From assembly GCF_009914755.1 (NCBI RefSeq), contig NC_060937.1: a DNA stretch of 64,000 bases. The stretch is one strand, 5' to 3'. This document shows positions 13,547-27,026 of the stretch, one piece after another. This DNA comes from the human T2T-CHM13v2.0 reference genome, Homo sapiens. The position numbers were made by a program, and so were the translations under genes. The first letter of the stretch is position 1, and each line of letters starts with the position of its first letter. Below the pieces are notes generated by a model, which had not been told where the DNA came from, made no database searches, and saw only the letters and a program-made list of their open reading frames with translations.

Positions 13547-13828
13547 TTTTTTTTTTTTTTTTTTTTGAGATGGAGTCTCGCTCTGTCGCCCAGGCTGGAG
13601 TGAAGTGGCGCAATCTTGGCTCACAGCAACTTCCACCTCCCAGGTTCAAGCAATTCTCCTGTCTCAGCCTCCTGAGTAGCTGGGACTACAGTTGCATGCC
13701 ACCACACTCTGCTAATTTTTGTATTTTTAGTAGAGACGGGGTTTCACCAGATTGGTCCGGCTGGTCTCAAACTCCTGACCTCAGGTGGTCCATCCACCTC
13801 AGCCTCCCAAAGTGCTGGGATTACAGGC
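13547..13828 (-). mobile_element. AluS, slightly 5'-truncated
   Basis: poly-T followed by antisense Alu; TSD gcaaaaactacattt on both sides. Confidence 0.93.
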
Positions 13829-14895
13829 AAAAACTACATTTACAGTAAATCATTTATTCATTCTTAGTACAAAATCACAAGGTGGCTATATCTTAATATT
13901 TTCCACCAAACTTTCTGTAACTTTGTGAATCTAAGGGCTAATAGTGTTTGAGCAAGAGGAAGAGAGTTAAAGGATGACAGATGTTTTAATCTGCTCAAGC
14001 CTCAGTAGCTAAGTATCTTCCCTTACGAGGATTTACTTCATCTATAAGAATCTCTAGTTTTGATAGCTTTTTATAACTTTGATAATTCAGAAATGTTGGA
14101 AGCTACTAAATGTAAAGCAGTATAACCATTCTAGATGCCAAAGGTGTAACTGAGCCACAGGCAACAAATTGCAAGTACTTGTTAGCCACTGATTTTAAAA
14201 ACCAGGGTCCCTGCATGCTTTCCGTGTGCCATGCAAAGGCGCATTATCCGCTTTCCAGCTCATCTGCATGATGCTTAAACATTTGCTACTCTCAAGTCAT
14301 AGGAAAGCTGTTTTAACTTGATTAAAAATCTCTTTGCAGCTTTAAGCATGTTGAATTGTAACTTTCAGAAAAATTTTCATTTGTAAATTAAATATAACTT
14401 TATAATGTAAGCAGCTCTCAGAAATAGTTGCTTTTCTTAAAGGAAATAAAAGTACCCAGAGTACAAGTATGTGGTGGAAATGTCAACATGTACAACCATT
14501 TCAGTGGCTGGATGTGTTCCCTGTAGTGAGGGGTAAATTATATGACTGAGTTAGAGAAGAAGACAGAAACCTAAAACCAAAGCTTGAAAAGCTAAAGATT
14601 TTTCTGGATTAGAGCTAACAGCAGCAAATGTTTTCTATCCCAAGATAGTTGTTTCGGATAGTACAATATTTGTTTTAAAGGCTGTTGTGCATGCAGTTCA
14701 ATGCCAAGGTAACTACACAAATAAAGCAAGATTGTCTGTAAATTGAGACTGAATAATATATGACATGTCAAACAGTGGGAAGTATTATAATATGAATGTG
14801 TCCTCAGAAAATTCAAGTGTGTTTTGGACCACTTGAAGTCAAATAAGTCAAATTTATAACAAAGGATTTCTCTCTAGTCTGTCAGTTACCACTAC

Positions 14896-15080
<185 letters not shown>

Positions 15081-15739
15081 TAGATCTGCTGCAGTGAAAA
15101 GAAAATAGAAATTTAAATTGGATTAAGTGTAGGCTTTTAATCTAGAACTTGTTTCATATTTATGCTGGGTGATATTTCTCTGAACATAATGTACGTTGTC
15201 AAGCTTGGCATACTTACCTGGAAAAGCATTATTGCTCAACATGCTGTCATTGAAAAATAACTGCCTATAACATGAATGCTTTCTTTTTTGTAAGGACTGG
15301 GTTAAAGAGAAATGTGCAATATCTTTTGAAGTCTGAGACTGTTAATTTCTGGCTTGCTCTTTGTTTGGCGTTTAACACCTGTCAGTTTGTCTGTTTATTT
15401 TTAAGACGCTTTGTATGTGGTAGTCGTTTCTTCTATGTGCTTTCGTCTTGCATGGATTTATGTCTGTATGGTTTCATGAAACTTGAAAATTTGGTCATGT
15501 GTTTTGGCAGAAGCAATTTATGACAAATTTTTTTGTAAGAATATATAGAAATAATCTTGTATGTGATTAAGCTGTTGAATCTGTTGCCAGTATTAATAGG
15601 AAATGAACACTGATTTCACATGAAGTTGTAATAAAAGACAATTAAGTCACCCACAGTTCACTTATGGGTTTGGCCAAAAGATTCTGTAGAATTATAAAGG
15701 CTTATGACAGCAAAAAAGAAAGGGAAAAAAAGCCAATTT

Positions 15740-15962
15740 CGGTTATTTCTAGGGATTTCCCTCCACCCCCAGGAGACATTTGGCAATGTCTGGAGGCATT
15801 TTTTATTGTCTCATTGGGTGGGTGGGGGTGTGTGCGCTACTGGCAACTAGTGCCTTCATAGCCAGAGATACTGCTAATGTCCTACAGTACACAGGAGTGC
15901 CCTACAACAAATAGTTTTCTGGCCCCAAAATGTCAGCAGTGGTGCTACTGAGGAACCCTCAT
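15740..15962. mobile_element. MER20-like hAT DNA transposon remnant
   Basis: ccccaggagacatttggcaatgtctggaggcatttt...ggccccaaaatgtcagcagtg matches my recollection of MER20. Confidence 0.7.
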
Positions 15963-18264
15963 TGAGACTATAAATCTATAAATGAAAAATCTACATCACA
16001 TTGCCTTTTTATTATAGTGTATGGTAATTCCAAAGCCTCTTGCCCAAGTTTTAGCATTGATTGCTCTTCAGAGAATTCCTATAGTACCTGATGGAAATAT
16101 ACTTAGAGGTACATAAATCAGTATGTTCCTATCTCCCTCTGAAAGTTGGGGAGCCTTAACCCTAGTATCATGGAATTTCTGTTTGCCGTATAAGGCTATC
16201 CATGATTTTATATTTGAGAAAATTTGCCACATGCTGGTTCTTTTCGATCCTTACTCCTTAGATAGTCACCTATAAAGTTCCTGAAAGTGAGTTCTAAAAG
16301 GAAATGCCTTAAAACTAGCCAAAAAGTGACAGGAGCATAGTAGGCAATCTGCATAGTGGGAGAAGAGAGTAAGACTTTAGCAACCTTGTTTTATGATTGA
16401 CACCTTCTTCCTTAAAGTTCCTCTTTTTCCTTCTAAATGTTATTTTTAAAAAATTCTATTCAACAGAAAGGCAAGATGCTAGATCTGTATTTTTTGGAAA
16501 AAATCCAGTTGCAGTTCTAAATTGGAGCCTTTCCAAATAAGGAAATACAAATGAAGCAGGACTTGTAAGAGACATACGATGTGATTTGCCAGCTAATCAT
16601 CCTTCATTCAACACAACATACTAGAGCTGTGCAATCCTTCATAGTTTTCCCAAACAATTTTCCTGATGCTATCTTTGGTACTTATCTCAAATCTGTGAGG
16701 CCGACAGATAGGGATGTGGAGATAGAGAAACAAATATTGCCGCTTTCCCAAGGACATGTGGCTTGTGAGTGGTAGAACCAGACTAGGGCTTCGCCTCTGA
16801 GATAATTCACGTAGACTGCTTGGCGAGGTTGCTGGCACACAGTAAGCACTCAGAAGCTGAATATTATGCCATTAATGCTGATAAGGGAGGGAAGAATTCT
16901 TTGTGATCTGGCTGAGAGACTCCTTCCTCTACTACAAAAGTTCTGGATTTTATCACTGTGGTCCGGGGTGACCTCTCTGATTTGAAGCAGCTTGGAGAGT
17001 TAGCTTTTGGGAGATCCCAAACAATCATGTTTGCTTTAATGAGAATTAGTATATGGCCCAGACGGTTTTAAAAATGCTACCCACACAGCCAAATCCAGTT
17101 CTCATAACAATCCCTTCCTCACTTAGCAGGTGAGAAATGGGGGCTCGGAAGTGATCTGATGTGTGTTAGGGTGGGGTGAAAACTGGCACCATGGCTGGGC
17201 CTGCAGCCCTCCCTTCCTGGCTTGTTGCAGTGCCTGGCTCCAGCTGCTGTACAGTGTGTGCAGGCTTGATGTGGGTAACTTTTTGTACCCTAGGGAGTGA
17301 ACTGTGCTCATGTTCCTGCCTTACACAGGGACTTGTCTACTCCAGAGTGTATTTGGTTCACTTTGTTCACATTAAGGACCACCTGTGTGCCAGGCTGTGC
17401 TCCGTGTTGGGGGCACCCAGGAGGAGGATGCAGCCTCTGTCTTGAGAAGCACATTTCATGGGAAGACACCTTAGCATTGCATGGTGTAGGAGGATTAGGG
17501 CCAAAGGAGAGCACCCCTGGGAGATGCTGGGCTTTCTAGCCTTCCTCCCATCAAAAGATTATTAAAATATTAGCATCCTTTTTTGTTTTTGTTCTGGAGT
17601 TTATGTAATCTCATGTGTTGAGTGTCTAGATACCCCTCATACCTGGTTCTTGAAAAATTTTTCCTGCCTCTTCTTAGTGAGTCTGTCATAGTATTAGTTC
17701 AAATAGCCTCATTCTTCATAGTATGACTTACGTGAATCTATATTCTCAAATTCACACAAATCAGCTTTATAAGTAGTCATACCTAGTTAGATATATTACA
17801 TTAATAGATCCATCTATATTCATATATGTCCTCATATATTCTCTCAATATAATTTATTCCTTAATAGTCCTTAATAAATCCTATAAAACTTTCTTCATAG
17901 AACTGTGGATAGCCATAATAATCTTACAAAAAGAATTAGAAACATTTTAAGTATAGCAAATTTTGCTGGATTAAATGTGAGAAAACCTACCTCATTCTTA
18001 CCGTAGACATTGAATGAGTATATCCTGCCTGCCTTGTGCTGCTAATATGTTTTCCTCCTAAGCAACACGTGACTTGTGAGGAAGAGAATCCAAACATGCA
18101 CATGCACACACAGACACACATGCACTGTAACAGACATAAGGCTGAGGGTTCAGTACTATGAAAAAGGTATAGCTGAAGCAGTAGAGGGATTGAGAGGAGG
18201 GACAGAGCAGCTTTGATATGGATGAGCTGGGAAGACTTCATCAAAGTGCTGAATATTATCTAGA

Positions 18265-19800
18265 TCATTAATTTAACACATTTATCGGGCACCTACTGCA
18301 GGCTGGGCTCCCCTTCAGGTACAGGTGATGTACCAGCAAACAAATCAGAAAATTCCTGCTTTATAATCTTACAGGGCAAGGCAAGTGATAGGTAAATAAA
18401 TGTACATGATGGTGAGAAATGCTTTGAAGGAGAAAGGACTAGGGTGGGTCAGGGGAGAGGGGCATTTATTATTTCTGGTAAGGTGGTCAGAGAAGGAAAC
18501 ACAGAGGGCACATTTAAGCAGATGCCTGGAAGTGAGAGAGAAGCTATGTGGATATCTGGGTGAAGAGCATTCCAGGCAGATTGAATAGTAGGGGGAAAAG
18601 CAGGAGGTGTGAGCAGGGCAGGGAAGCCAGTTGGCTGGAGCAGAGGGAGTGGGGGCATGGTACTGATGAGCACAGAGAAGGAGGTAGGAACCAGGGATGG
18701 CGGACCTCTTAGATTTTGGAAGAACCTGTCTTTAACTCTAATGAAATGGGAAGAAAGTAGTGGGTGCTGAGTAGAGGTATACCATGATCTGAGTGCAGTC
18801 TGAAAGGAACTCTCTGGCTGCTGTTGGGTAGGAAGGGGTGGAAGCAGGGAGACTGTTGTAATCTAGGTGGGTGATGTGATGTGATTATTATAATAATTGT
18901 AATAATCTGGGTAGGAGATGATGTGATAATTGTTATAATCCAGGTAGCAGATGTGATTACTGTGATAATTGTGATCATCCAGGTAGGAGTCACTTGGATC
19001 AGGGTGTAATGGTGCAGGTGGTAAGAAGTGGTTATGTTCTAGATATATTTAGAAGGCAGAGGGACAGGATTTACTGACGGGACCAGTTATGGTATATGAG
19101 AGAAAGAGAAGAATCTGGGATGGCTCCAAGATGTGTGACCCAATGTTGTGAAGGATAGAGGTGACCTTTACTGATATAAGGAGAGTGAGAGCTGAGCAGG
19201 TTGTGAAGAGGACAATCAGTTTTTTATCTATGACAAACTTGAGACGCCTATTAGACTTCCAAGTGGAGAATGAACAGGAAGTTGGAAATACCTGTCCAGG
19301 GGTCCTGAGGTATGAATGGCATTTAAGAAGTTATGTATACTGGTAAAGGGCTTTTGAATCAGAGGAAATAGTTTAGGAAAGATGTTTGTTGAAACTGGAG
19401 GTTGGGTATTAATTTAAGAAGCCATTTTGGAAGTCTAGGTGAGTTGACTGTACTCTGATCTAGGGTGTTGGCAATAGAGATGGAAAGAAAGAGACACTGA
19501 ATGAAAGGGCTTGATAACTAATGGAAAGTGGGGAGAAGGGAGAAACAAAGGTGAAAAGTGGTTGTTAGGTTTCAGATGTGGATGATTGGAGGGCAGGTAG
19601 CAACATTAGTAACCACAAGAGGAAAAGCAGGTTTGGGGACAAGATTGAGTTTGGTCACATCAACAATAACCATGCATTTAGTGAGTTACAGTTTACAAAA
19701 TCCCTTCTAGATATTATTTTAATCTGTCCTTTGGCAATTGAAGTGCCTAGGGGATATCCATGCAGAAAGATTTATTCAAGAAGCAAGTGGAAATGAGTCA
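18265..19800 (-). mobile_element. L2 remnants
   Basis: catttatcgggcacctact.. start and purine-rich antisense L2 motifs (gagcattccaggcaga, ggatttactgacgg). Confidence 0.65.
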
Positions 19801-20876
19801 AAGGACGGACTGGTTCCTTAATTATGGCACTGGGAATAGTTTAGAAATTACAATTCCATGAGCTAGCTAAGCTAGGAATTCCTGAACTAGCTAAGAGCAA
19901 ACATGCTTTAAAAGAAATAATGATGGCAACATCTTGGAAGGCAAAATTTAGATGCCCAGGCAAGAGGTGTACAGTTACTTAAAGTCAGGAGAGCAGTATA
20001 AAAGGTCAGTAGGAAAGAGCTTCAAAGGCTCTTGCTCTCATTCCTACTTCTCCTCAGTGTTTAGATCTGACCTCTCCCTTTCCTTGAGACCACCCTTAAT
20101 CTCTCTTTCCCCTCTGGTATAGTTTACCTGGCTCTTTTATGTGCATGTAGAGAGCACACATGTGCCTGTGCCCAACACCCCACTCTGTTCATTGGTTTCT
20201 GTTGTGGATTGAGCTCTTCCAAAGCTTAACCTCAGTCCATCCTTGTGTTACAAGTTGAAAGCATGCAAGCTGCCCTAATAAAAGAAGAGGGTTATAGAGG
20301 TAGTATAAAGGACTATTAGAAACTACCTGTGGTGCGTTGAGAACAAGTCTAGTGCAGTGGTAGGGCGGATCTTATAGGATCTTTTAGAATCAACAGCACA
20401 TTTATTCATGGTATTGAACTTGAGAAAAATATCAGGTAAACATTAAATTATTAATCAGTGCCCAGAAAAGGCAGCCAAACCTCAACAGATTATCTTTGAA
20501 GGAGATAGAAAATAAAGAGAGATAATTCTAGTGACTATTTTTTCCTAAAGTAATCCTTTCATGCATTGACCTCTTTAAATATGAACCTTGGGTTTTTGTT
20601 TGTTTGCTTGTTTTTTGTTTTTTTGTTTGTTTGTTTTTTTTGAGACTTGTATAGGGCTAATCTAGCCATTTTGTGAAAAAATTCACACTCGAGTGCTCTT
20701 GTTTCTGAGTTTTGGAAAAACACCATTTATCTCTGTAGTGCTACTTCTGTGACACTATCACTGAAGCGTCTAGGTAGAAATTTAGGTGGAATTTCCAAAT
20801 TTAACTCCAACCTCAGTTTAACCCCTAAGTCTGGTCATGTGAACTTCCGTAGTAACCATGAGTCTTTTTGTTGTAG

Positions 20877-20994
20877 GAGTAAGTCCATGAGTGATGTCAG
20901 CGCAGAAGATGTTCAAAACTTGCGTCAGCTGCGTTACGAGGAGATGCAGAAAATAAAATCACAATTAAAAGAACAAGATCAGAAATGGCAGGAT
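20877..20994 (+). CDS. LMO7: LMO7 exon (SKSMSDVSAEDVQNLRQLRYEEMQKIKSQLKEQDQKWQD)
   Basis: ttgtag|G; GAT|gtgagt; 118 nt, phase 2/0. Confidence 0.95.
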
Positions 20995-23108
20995 GTGAGT
21001 ATTTTGGGGATTGGAGGGGAGAGAGTGTATTTGTCTAACTTTTCTTTGCTTCTCTTAAAGTCAATATACTCAAGACCATTTTCCTTGCTATTACAGAATT
21101 CAGTTCTGTATAAAATGTGACCAACTTTCTTTACAAAGATTTTTAAACCTTTTTTTTTCTATTATTATTGCATATTTTAAAGGCCATTGTGAAAAATATA
21201 CCTGGATGTTTATTTTCTAACATTCTCTGAGTTCTCAAAAATGTGAGTTGCTTCCTTGCAGTATAGTGAACTTACTTACTTGTTTTGGTGGTTGAATTTG
21301 GGATATGCACATTAACTATACTCTAATGGGAAAGACCTGGCCAAAATTTAGGGAGAGAAGAGGAACAGGGTTCTGGCAGAGACCTTGGCATCAGTAAGGA
21401 AAGATGAAAAGGGTTAGTAATTAAGAGTTAATTAAGGAGAATTGGGGAGAAATAAGTAATATAACTCAGAGCAATATTTTGGCTGAAGAAGTCAATAATA
21501 TGAACCAAAATGAAATGTTTTTGCAGAGTTGACATATATCCAGGTGTTTACATAGATATAGACTTACTCTTTAGTTTTGATCCTGAAGAAAAAAGCTTGA
21601 CCATTTTTTTTAATAGAGTAATTGTCATAAACTGAAGAAATGCAAAGAAATACAGTAGACAAACTATCAGAGCAAACCCAAAGGAATTTGAGGACAACTT
21701 TATGGTAAGAGTTGAGCAAAAGCATGAGCAAAGGAGTCAGAGTAAATCTTAATTTTCAAAGGAATTAATAGTCTCTGAAATGAAGAAACCCCTGCTCTGG
21801 CTACCCTTCTAAATTCCAGTGCCTCTTTTAATTGGGAACTCAATTTAATTGTCAAGAAACAGTAATTCAATATCACTTTGCCAAAATACATGGTTAATTT
21901 TCTGGTGTGAAAGTAAGTATTACGGGCTTATCTATTAGGTTAAATCAGATAAAAATTCATGCCAGTTATGCTATAGGACTAAATGCGCATTGCTTTTGTT
22001 CTTTCTGCAAGGAGTTCATATTGGTCTCAGGCTGTTTTAAAGCAGGAGTGGCTCTGTGGGCTTGCAAGGGGTATAAATCAAACGTACTTTGCATGCCCTG
22101 GGGGTGAAATTCGGTTTTGTCTGAGACCTTGAATGTGCTTCTGTTTGGACTGGAATGCCACTAACAGTTCTTAGCAGTTCTCTATTTTGGAGACATGGAA
22201 AACTTTATACCTTGTAAAATGTCTTAACCCCCTGGGTGTCAGAACCAGCCTAGGTTTCTGGGGGGGATTGAAAAGCTGAATTAGGTTGATTGTCCCTGGG
22301 GTCACCCAGCAAGGTTAGGCTTAACGTTCCTGGGGATATGGGGGACAGGTGTTGGTTTGTTCCTGCCACGTGTTCCTTATTGCGCTGACCTAGGTGGACT
22401 TAACCCTTCTGAAATTGCATACTCAAGTCTCACCTTCCCAGTTAAAGCCTTTCCAAAGCCTTCCCTTCCGGAGGTGGAACCGGACCCATGGTCTTCTTAG
22501 GACCCCACTGTCTCATGCAATCCTGTCACACTTGTTACTGAACTTTTGTTTATATGTCTGTCTCTCCCCTGTAGACTGAGAGTTTCTTGAGGGGAACAGT
22601 GCCCTATGCATGTGTGTATTAATAGTTCCTACACTTGGGCCTGCCTCAAAGTAGGGATTGAACTCTGTTTGTGAAATGAAAGAGACTATGCATCTGCGCG
22701 TAACCATCACAATCGTGTTTCTGTTTTGGCCTTACCAGTGAAACATGTTTCGCAGAACAGCCAGGTTTTTGGAGTGAGATGAAAACGAACTGGAAACAGT
22801 TCCTGATCTATCTAACTGTCACCTAATTACAAGCATTTAGCATTCTTTATGAAGTGTGCAATGAGGCAGATACTTTCTGGGAAAACAAAAATGGGGTCTA
22901 TCTTATTAGGTCAGGTTTTTGAGACAGACACATGAGATAAAGGCTTGGTACAGAAACGCTGGCTATAAAAAGCAAAATTAGGGCACCTTGGCATCCAGTT
23001 GGAGTGAATAGTTTCAGTGATGTAATAAGATACTCTGGCACATTCTGTCTGCTAGAAAGGGTGTATAGAAATTCAGGTGTGCCCCTGCTGATGTGATTTT
23101 TCTGTCAG

Positions 23109-23251
23109 GACCTTGCAAAATGGAAAGATCGTCGAAAAAGTTACACTTCAGATCTGCAGAAGAAAAAAGAAGAGAGAGAAGAAATTGAAAAGCAGGCACT
23201 TGAGAAGTCTAAGAGAAGCTCTAAGACGTTTAAGGAAATGCTGCAGGACAG
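23109..23251 (+). CDS. LMO7: LMO7 exon (DLAKWKDRRKSYTSDLQKKKEE...EMLQD)
   Basis: tgtcag|GAC; CAG|gtaata; 143 nt, phase 0/2. Confidence 0.95.
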
Positions 23252-24428
23252 GTAATAATGCTGAATGCACCTCGGTTGTAACAGGGTTGGAGATGCCAGT
23301 GTTATAAATAGATATTTTATGTAAGTGTAGTGTGACATAGGTGTCCACCAATATTCAACTTTAGTCAAATATGCAAAGAAACGTTTAAGATTTTGGTCTG
23401 CGGTGAAAAAACAAAGCATTGTTGAAATAGTGACTTAGAGTAATAGTAACAAAATAAATGAGGACTTAAAATAGGTGTTCATTATTTCTTCTTACATTGT
23501 GCATTCACATGCAGAATTGGATGGTGTTGGCTGTGTCTGATGCAGGAAATACACTGCTTTTTACTCTTAAGTGAATTAAGGAATGAGATGGTCCAATAAA
23601 ATCAGCTCACTCTTTTAACTAAATTGTGTAAAATATAACGAAGTTCTTTTTCATGTTTAATGGTGCAATTCATTATATTTTAAAGAAAGTTTTTATGAAC
23701 ATAAATGTGTGTGTTTTACTTACTCTTTGCATTGCATCTTAACAGTATAAAGGTCAAATTTAAACTTTAATGTAAAGCATTCATTACTGTGTGAAACATC
23801 AGGATATTTACAGATCAAGGAGAAGGAAAATACGCTTTTAGAATAATGTCCAAAAGGAAATATGCTGTCAGGTGAAATGAAACAAAGCCACTTTCTGCCC
23901 TAAAAGCCAAAGATAAGCAGTTTCATTCACTTAAATGCAATTCAGTTATTTTGGGAGGTAGGTATTCCTTTCTAGATGTGAGAGATGAGGGTGTTTTATG
24001 AACCTTTCTATAAATATGAATGGTGACTTTTAATCCCTGATAAATGTTCATGCAAGTTCTGTCAAGCTATGTGAAATCATACACCAGTTTGATCTCCACA
24101 AAAGCCTGAGTCTTTTGTAATCTTTTATTTTTACTAAATTACTGTAAATTTTTGCAGGAAGAAAATCCTCACAAGACTGTCAATTAATCCACGACTTTGG
24201 AAGGTTCAAATTGGTTGTCAATCATGATATTTATAGTGTTTTAATTTTAAAAGTTATAAGCTTGTGGATAAAATTTTGTGAATAATCCTTTATTAAAATT
24301 TCCTTGTTTCATTAAAATCTCTTTACAATTAATAATATCCCAGTGAAGTATTTGAGAACCATTTTAATTAAAGAAGTCAAGTTATTATTCTTTCTTAGTT
24401 GGGACATTAAAGATAATTTTATACATCT

Positions 24429-24730
24429 TGCTGGGCATGGTGGCTCATGCCTGTAATCCCAGCACTTTGGGAGGCCAAGGTGGGCAGATCACAAGGTCAG
24501 GAGTTCGAGATCAGCTTGGCCAATATGTTGAAACCTCATCTCTACTAAAAATTAAAAGAAAAATTAGCTGGGTGTGGTGGCGCATGCCCGTAATCCCAGC
24601 TACTCGGGAGGCTGAGTCAGGAGAATTGCTTGAATGCGGGAGGCGGAGGTTGCAGGTGAGCTGAGATCGTGCCACTGCACTCCAGCCTGGACGACAGAGC
24701 GAGATTCGGTCTCAAAAAAAAAAAAAAAAA
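24429..24730 (+). mobile_element. AluS (Sg/Sc-like)
   Basis: Full Alu, poly-A, TSD aaagataatt(t/g)tatacatctt. Confidence 0.93.
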
Positions 24731-24892
24731 GATAATTGTATACATCTTTATGCTCTGTAAGTGTTGTATTGATTCTTGTGTGAAGTTAGCATCATTTTAT
24801 TCCCAGTCCGTTTCATGCGTTGATTACTCTCTCACCACCTCTGTGTGTCAAATGTGTGTCTTTGTGGTGATGGTGCATTTCTCTCCGCTAAG

Positions 24893-25325
24893 GGAATCCC
24901 AAAATCAAAAGTCTACAGTTCCGTCAAGAAGGAGAATGTATTCTTTTGATGATGTGCTGGAGGAAGGAAAGCGACCCCCTACAATGACTGTGTCAGAAGC
25001 AAGTTACCAGAGTGAGAGAGTAGAAGAGAAGGGAGCAACTTATCCTTCAGAAATTCCCAAAGAAGATTCTACCACTTTTGCAAAAAGAGAGGACCGTGTA
25101 ACAACTGAAATTCAGCTTCCTTCTCAAAGTCCTGTGGAAGAACAAAGCCCAGCCTCTTTGTCTTCTCTGCGTTCACGGAGCACACAAATGGAATCAACTC
25201 GTGTTTCAGCTTCTCTCCCCAGAAGTTACCGGAAAACTGATACAGTCAGGTTAACATCTGTGGTCACACCAAGACCCTTTGGCTCTCAGACAAGGGGAAT
25301 CTCATCACTCCCCAGATCTTACACG
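24893..25325 (+). CDS. LMO7: LMO7 exon (ESQNQKSTVPSRRRMYSFDD...SSLPRSYT)
   Basis: gctaag|G; ACG|gtaaaa; 433 nt, phase 2/0. Confidence 0.94.
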
Positions 25326-26466
25326 GTAAAAAATGTTCTCGGTTCATTTAGTCTGTTCTGAAGAGCAAAATGTTGGTGAACTTGTGCAGAGGTTGGGGTT
25401 ACATCAACTTGATGTGTAAACTGTACATAACATATATAAGGACATTTTATTTTATGCCAGTTTAGATGCAATGGAAACTTAATGCTTAAGATATATCAAT
25501 GATACAGAATTTATTAAACTTTAAATTCTGTGAAAGTAGGGCTGATACATTTTAAAGAATGAATAAGATATATTCTAAGGCAGAGTATTATTTTATAATG
25601 TCTTTTTTTTAGATGTACCTTTTGTAAAGTTTTAGGTTGAAAAATATGAAGTTGTCAGTATGATTGTTCTTCTTGACCTATAAAACAGCAATTCATATGG
25701 TTTAGCCTAGAGATTTTCAGGTGCTTATGTACACATTTCTGCTTTTTTCAGATTTCTCACTTTATCAGTTTGAATGTAATTATTAGAATATATCTTACGT
25801 TTATATATATGTGTTTCTACTAGTGTCAGGATTTTGAAGGGGTTAGAATATTGCAGCATTTTTTCTGAGAATGAAGTGGTACCATATCCGACAATGAGTG
25901 TGTTAATCTGAATTATGTGAAAGGAAGCAACACAGTCCTAAGATTAATGTTCAAATTCTTTTTAGCTCTGCTAATGTACAATCCTAAACTCTAAAAGGGT
26001 ATAAAAAATTGGATATTTGGGGTGAGAGAAGCTTACCTAAGCTAATTGGGAAACTCCTGATCATTATATAAAGGAAAATGTAGACATATTTGACATTATA
26101 AGAATTTCATGGCAGACCCCCTTAATGTAGTCAAAAGACAATATATAGACTCAGAAAAATATTATCAAAATGCATTTTAGGGTTAATATCTCTAAGACAG
26201 AAAATGTTTCTACAAATTGGTAAGCAAATACACTAGCAAAATGAATATAGAAAAGTAGTGGCCAATTCAAGGGAGAGGGGATTCAAATGTCTGGTAACAA
26301 AGCACAAAGAAGTATGTTCAGCTTCCCTGGAGCAAGAATGAGGCATATAACTTTTTACCCATCAGAGTGAAATAGACTTAAAAACATCGAAAATGTCTAG
26401 TGTTGGCAAGGATGCTGAGAAACAGATGTTCCTCATACATTACTTCGGCAGTGTGTTGCTACAATT

Positions 26467-26475
26467 ATTTTTAGA

Positions 26476-26515
<40 letters not shown>

Positions 26516-26524
26516 TCTAAAAAT
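26467..26524. repeat. Perfect 58-bp palindrome centred on (TA)17
   Basis: atttttagaaac-(ta)17-gtttctaaaaat. Confidence 0.92.
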
Positions 26525-26795
26525 TATATATATATAATAAAATATATATATATATATATAAAACTTTTGCTCCAGCAAGCCTACTTTTGGAAATCTGTGC
26601 TATAAAAATAAAAGTTCCAATTATAAAGAGTTATAGATATTTGTTGCAGTAGTTTTGGAAGTGACAGAACATTTCAAACAACTTTAAATGCACATCAAAT
26701 GAATAAATTGTTGATGTCCATACTATGGAACATTCAGCAAGTAAAGGGACTGGTTTAGAGTTCTATCTGTTGACCTGGAGTGATCAATAGATAGA

Positions 26796-27026
26796 ACACC
26801 AAGACCTTTTGGCTCTCAGTTAAGGGGAATCTCATCACTCCCCAGATCTTACATGGTAAAACATGTTCTCAGTTCATTTAGTCTGTTCTGAAAAGCAAAA
26901 TGTTGGTGAACTTGTTTAGAGGTTAGAGTTACACCATCTTGATATGTAAACTGTACATAACACATGTATATATGGCAATTTCATTTTACGCCAGTTTAGA
27001 TTCAGTGGAAATTTAATGCTTAAGAT
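26796..27026 (+). repeat. Diverged direct copy of 25266-25492 (exon 3' end, donor and intron)
   Basis: Colinear match: acaccaagacc...ctcatcactccccagatcttaca(c/t)ggtaaaa...aatgcttaagat. Confidence 0.93.

Noticed and set aside
18709-18993. 94-aa ITIIT-repeat ORF
   Set aside because: An artefact of the low-complexity minisatellite
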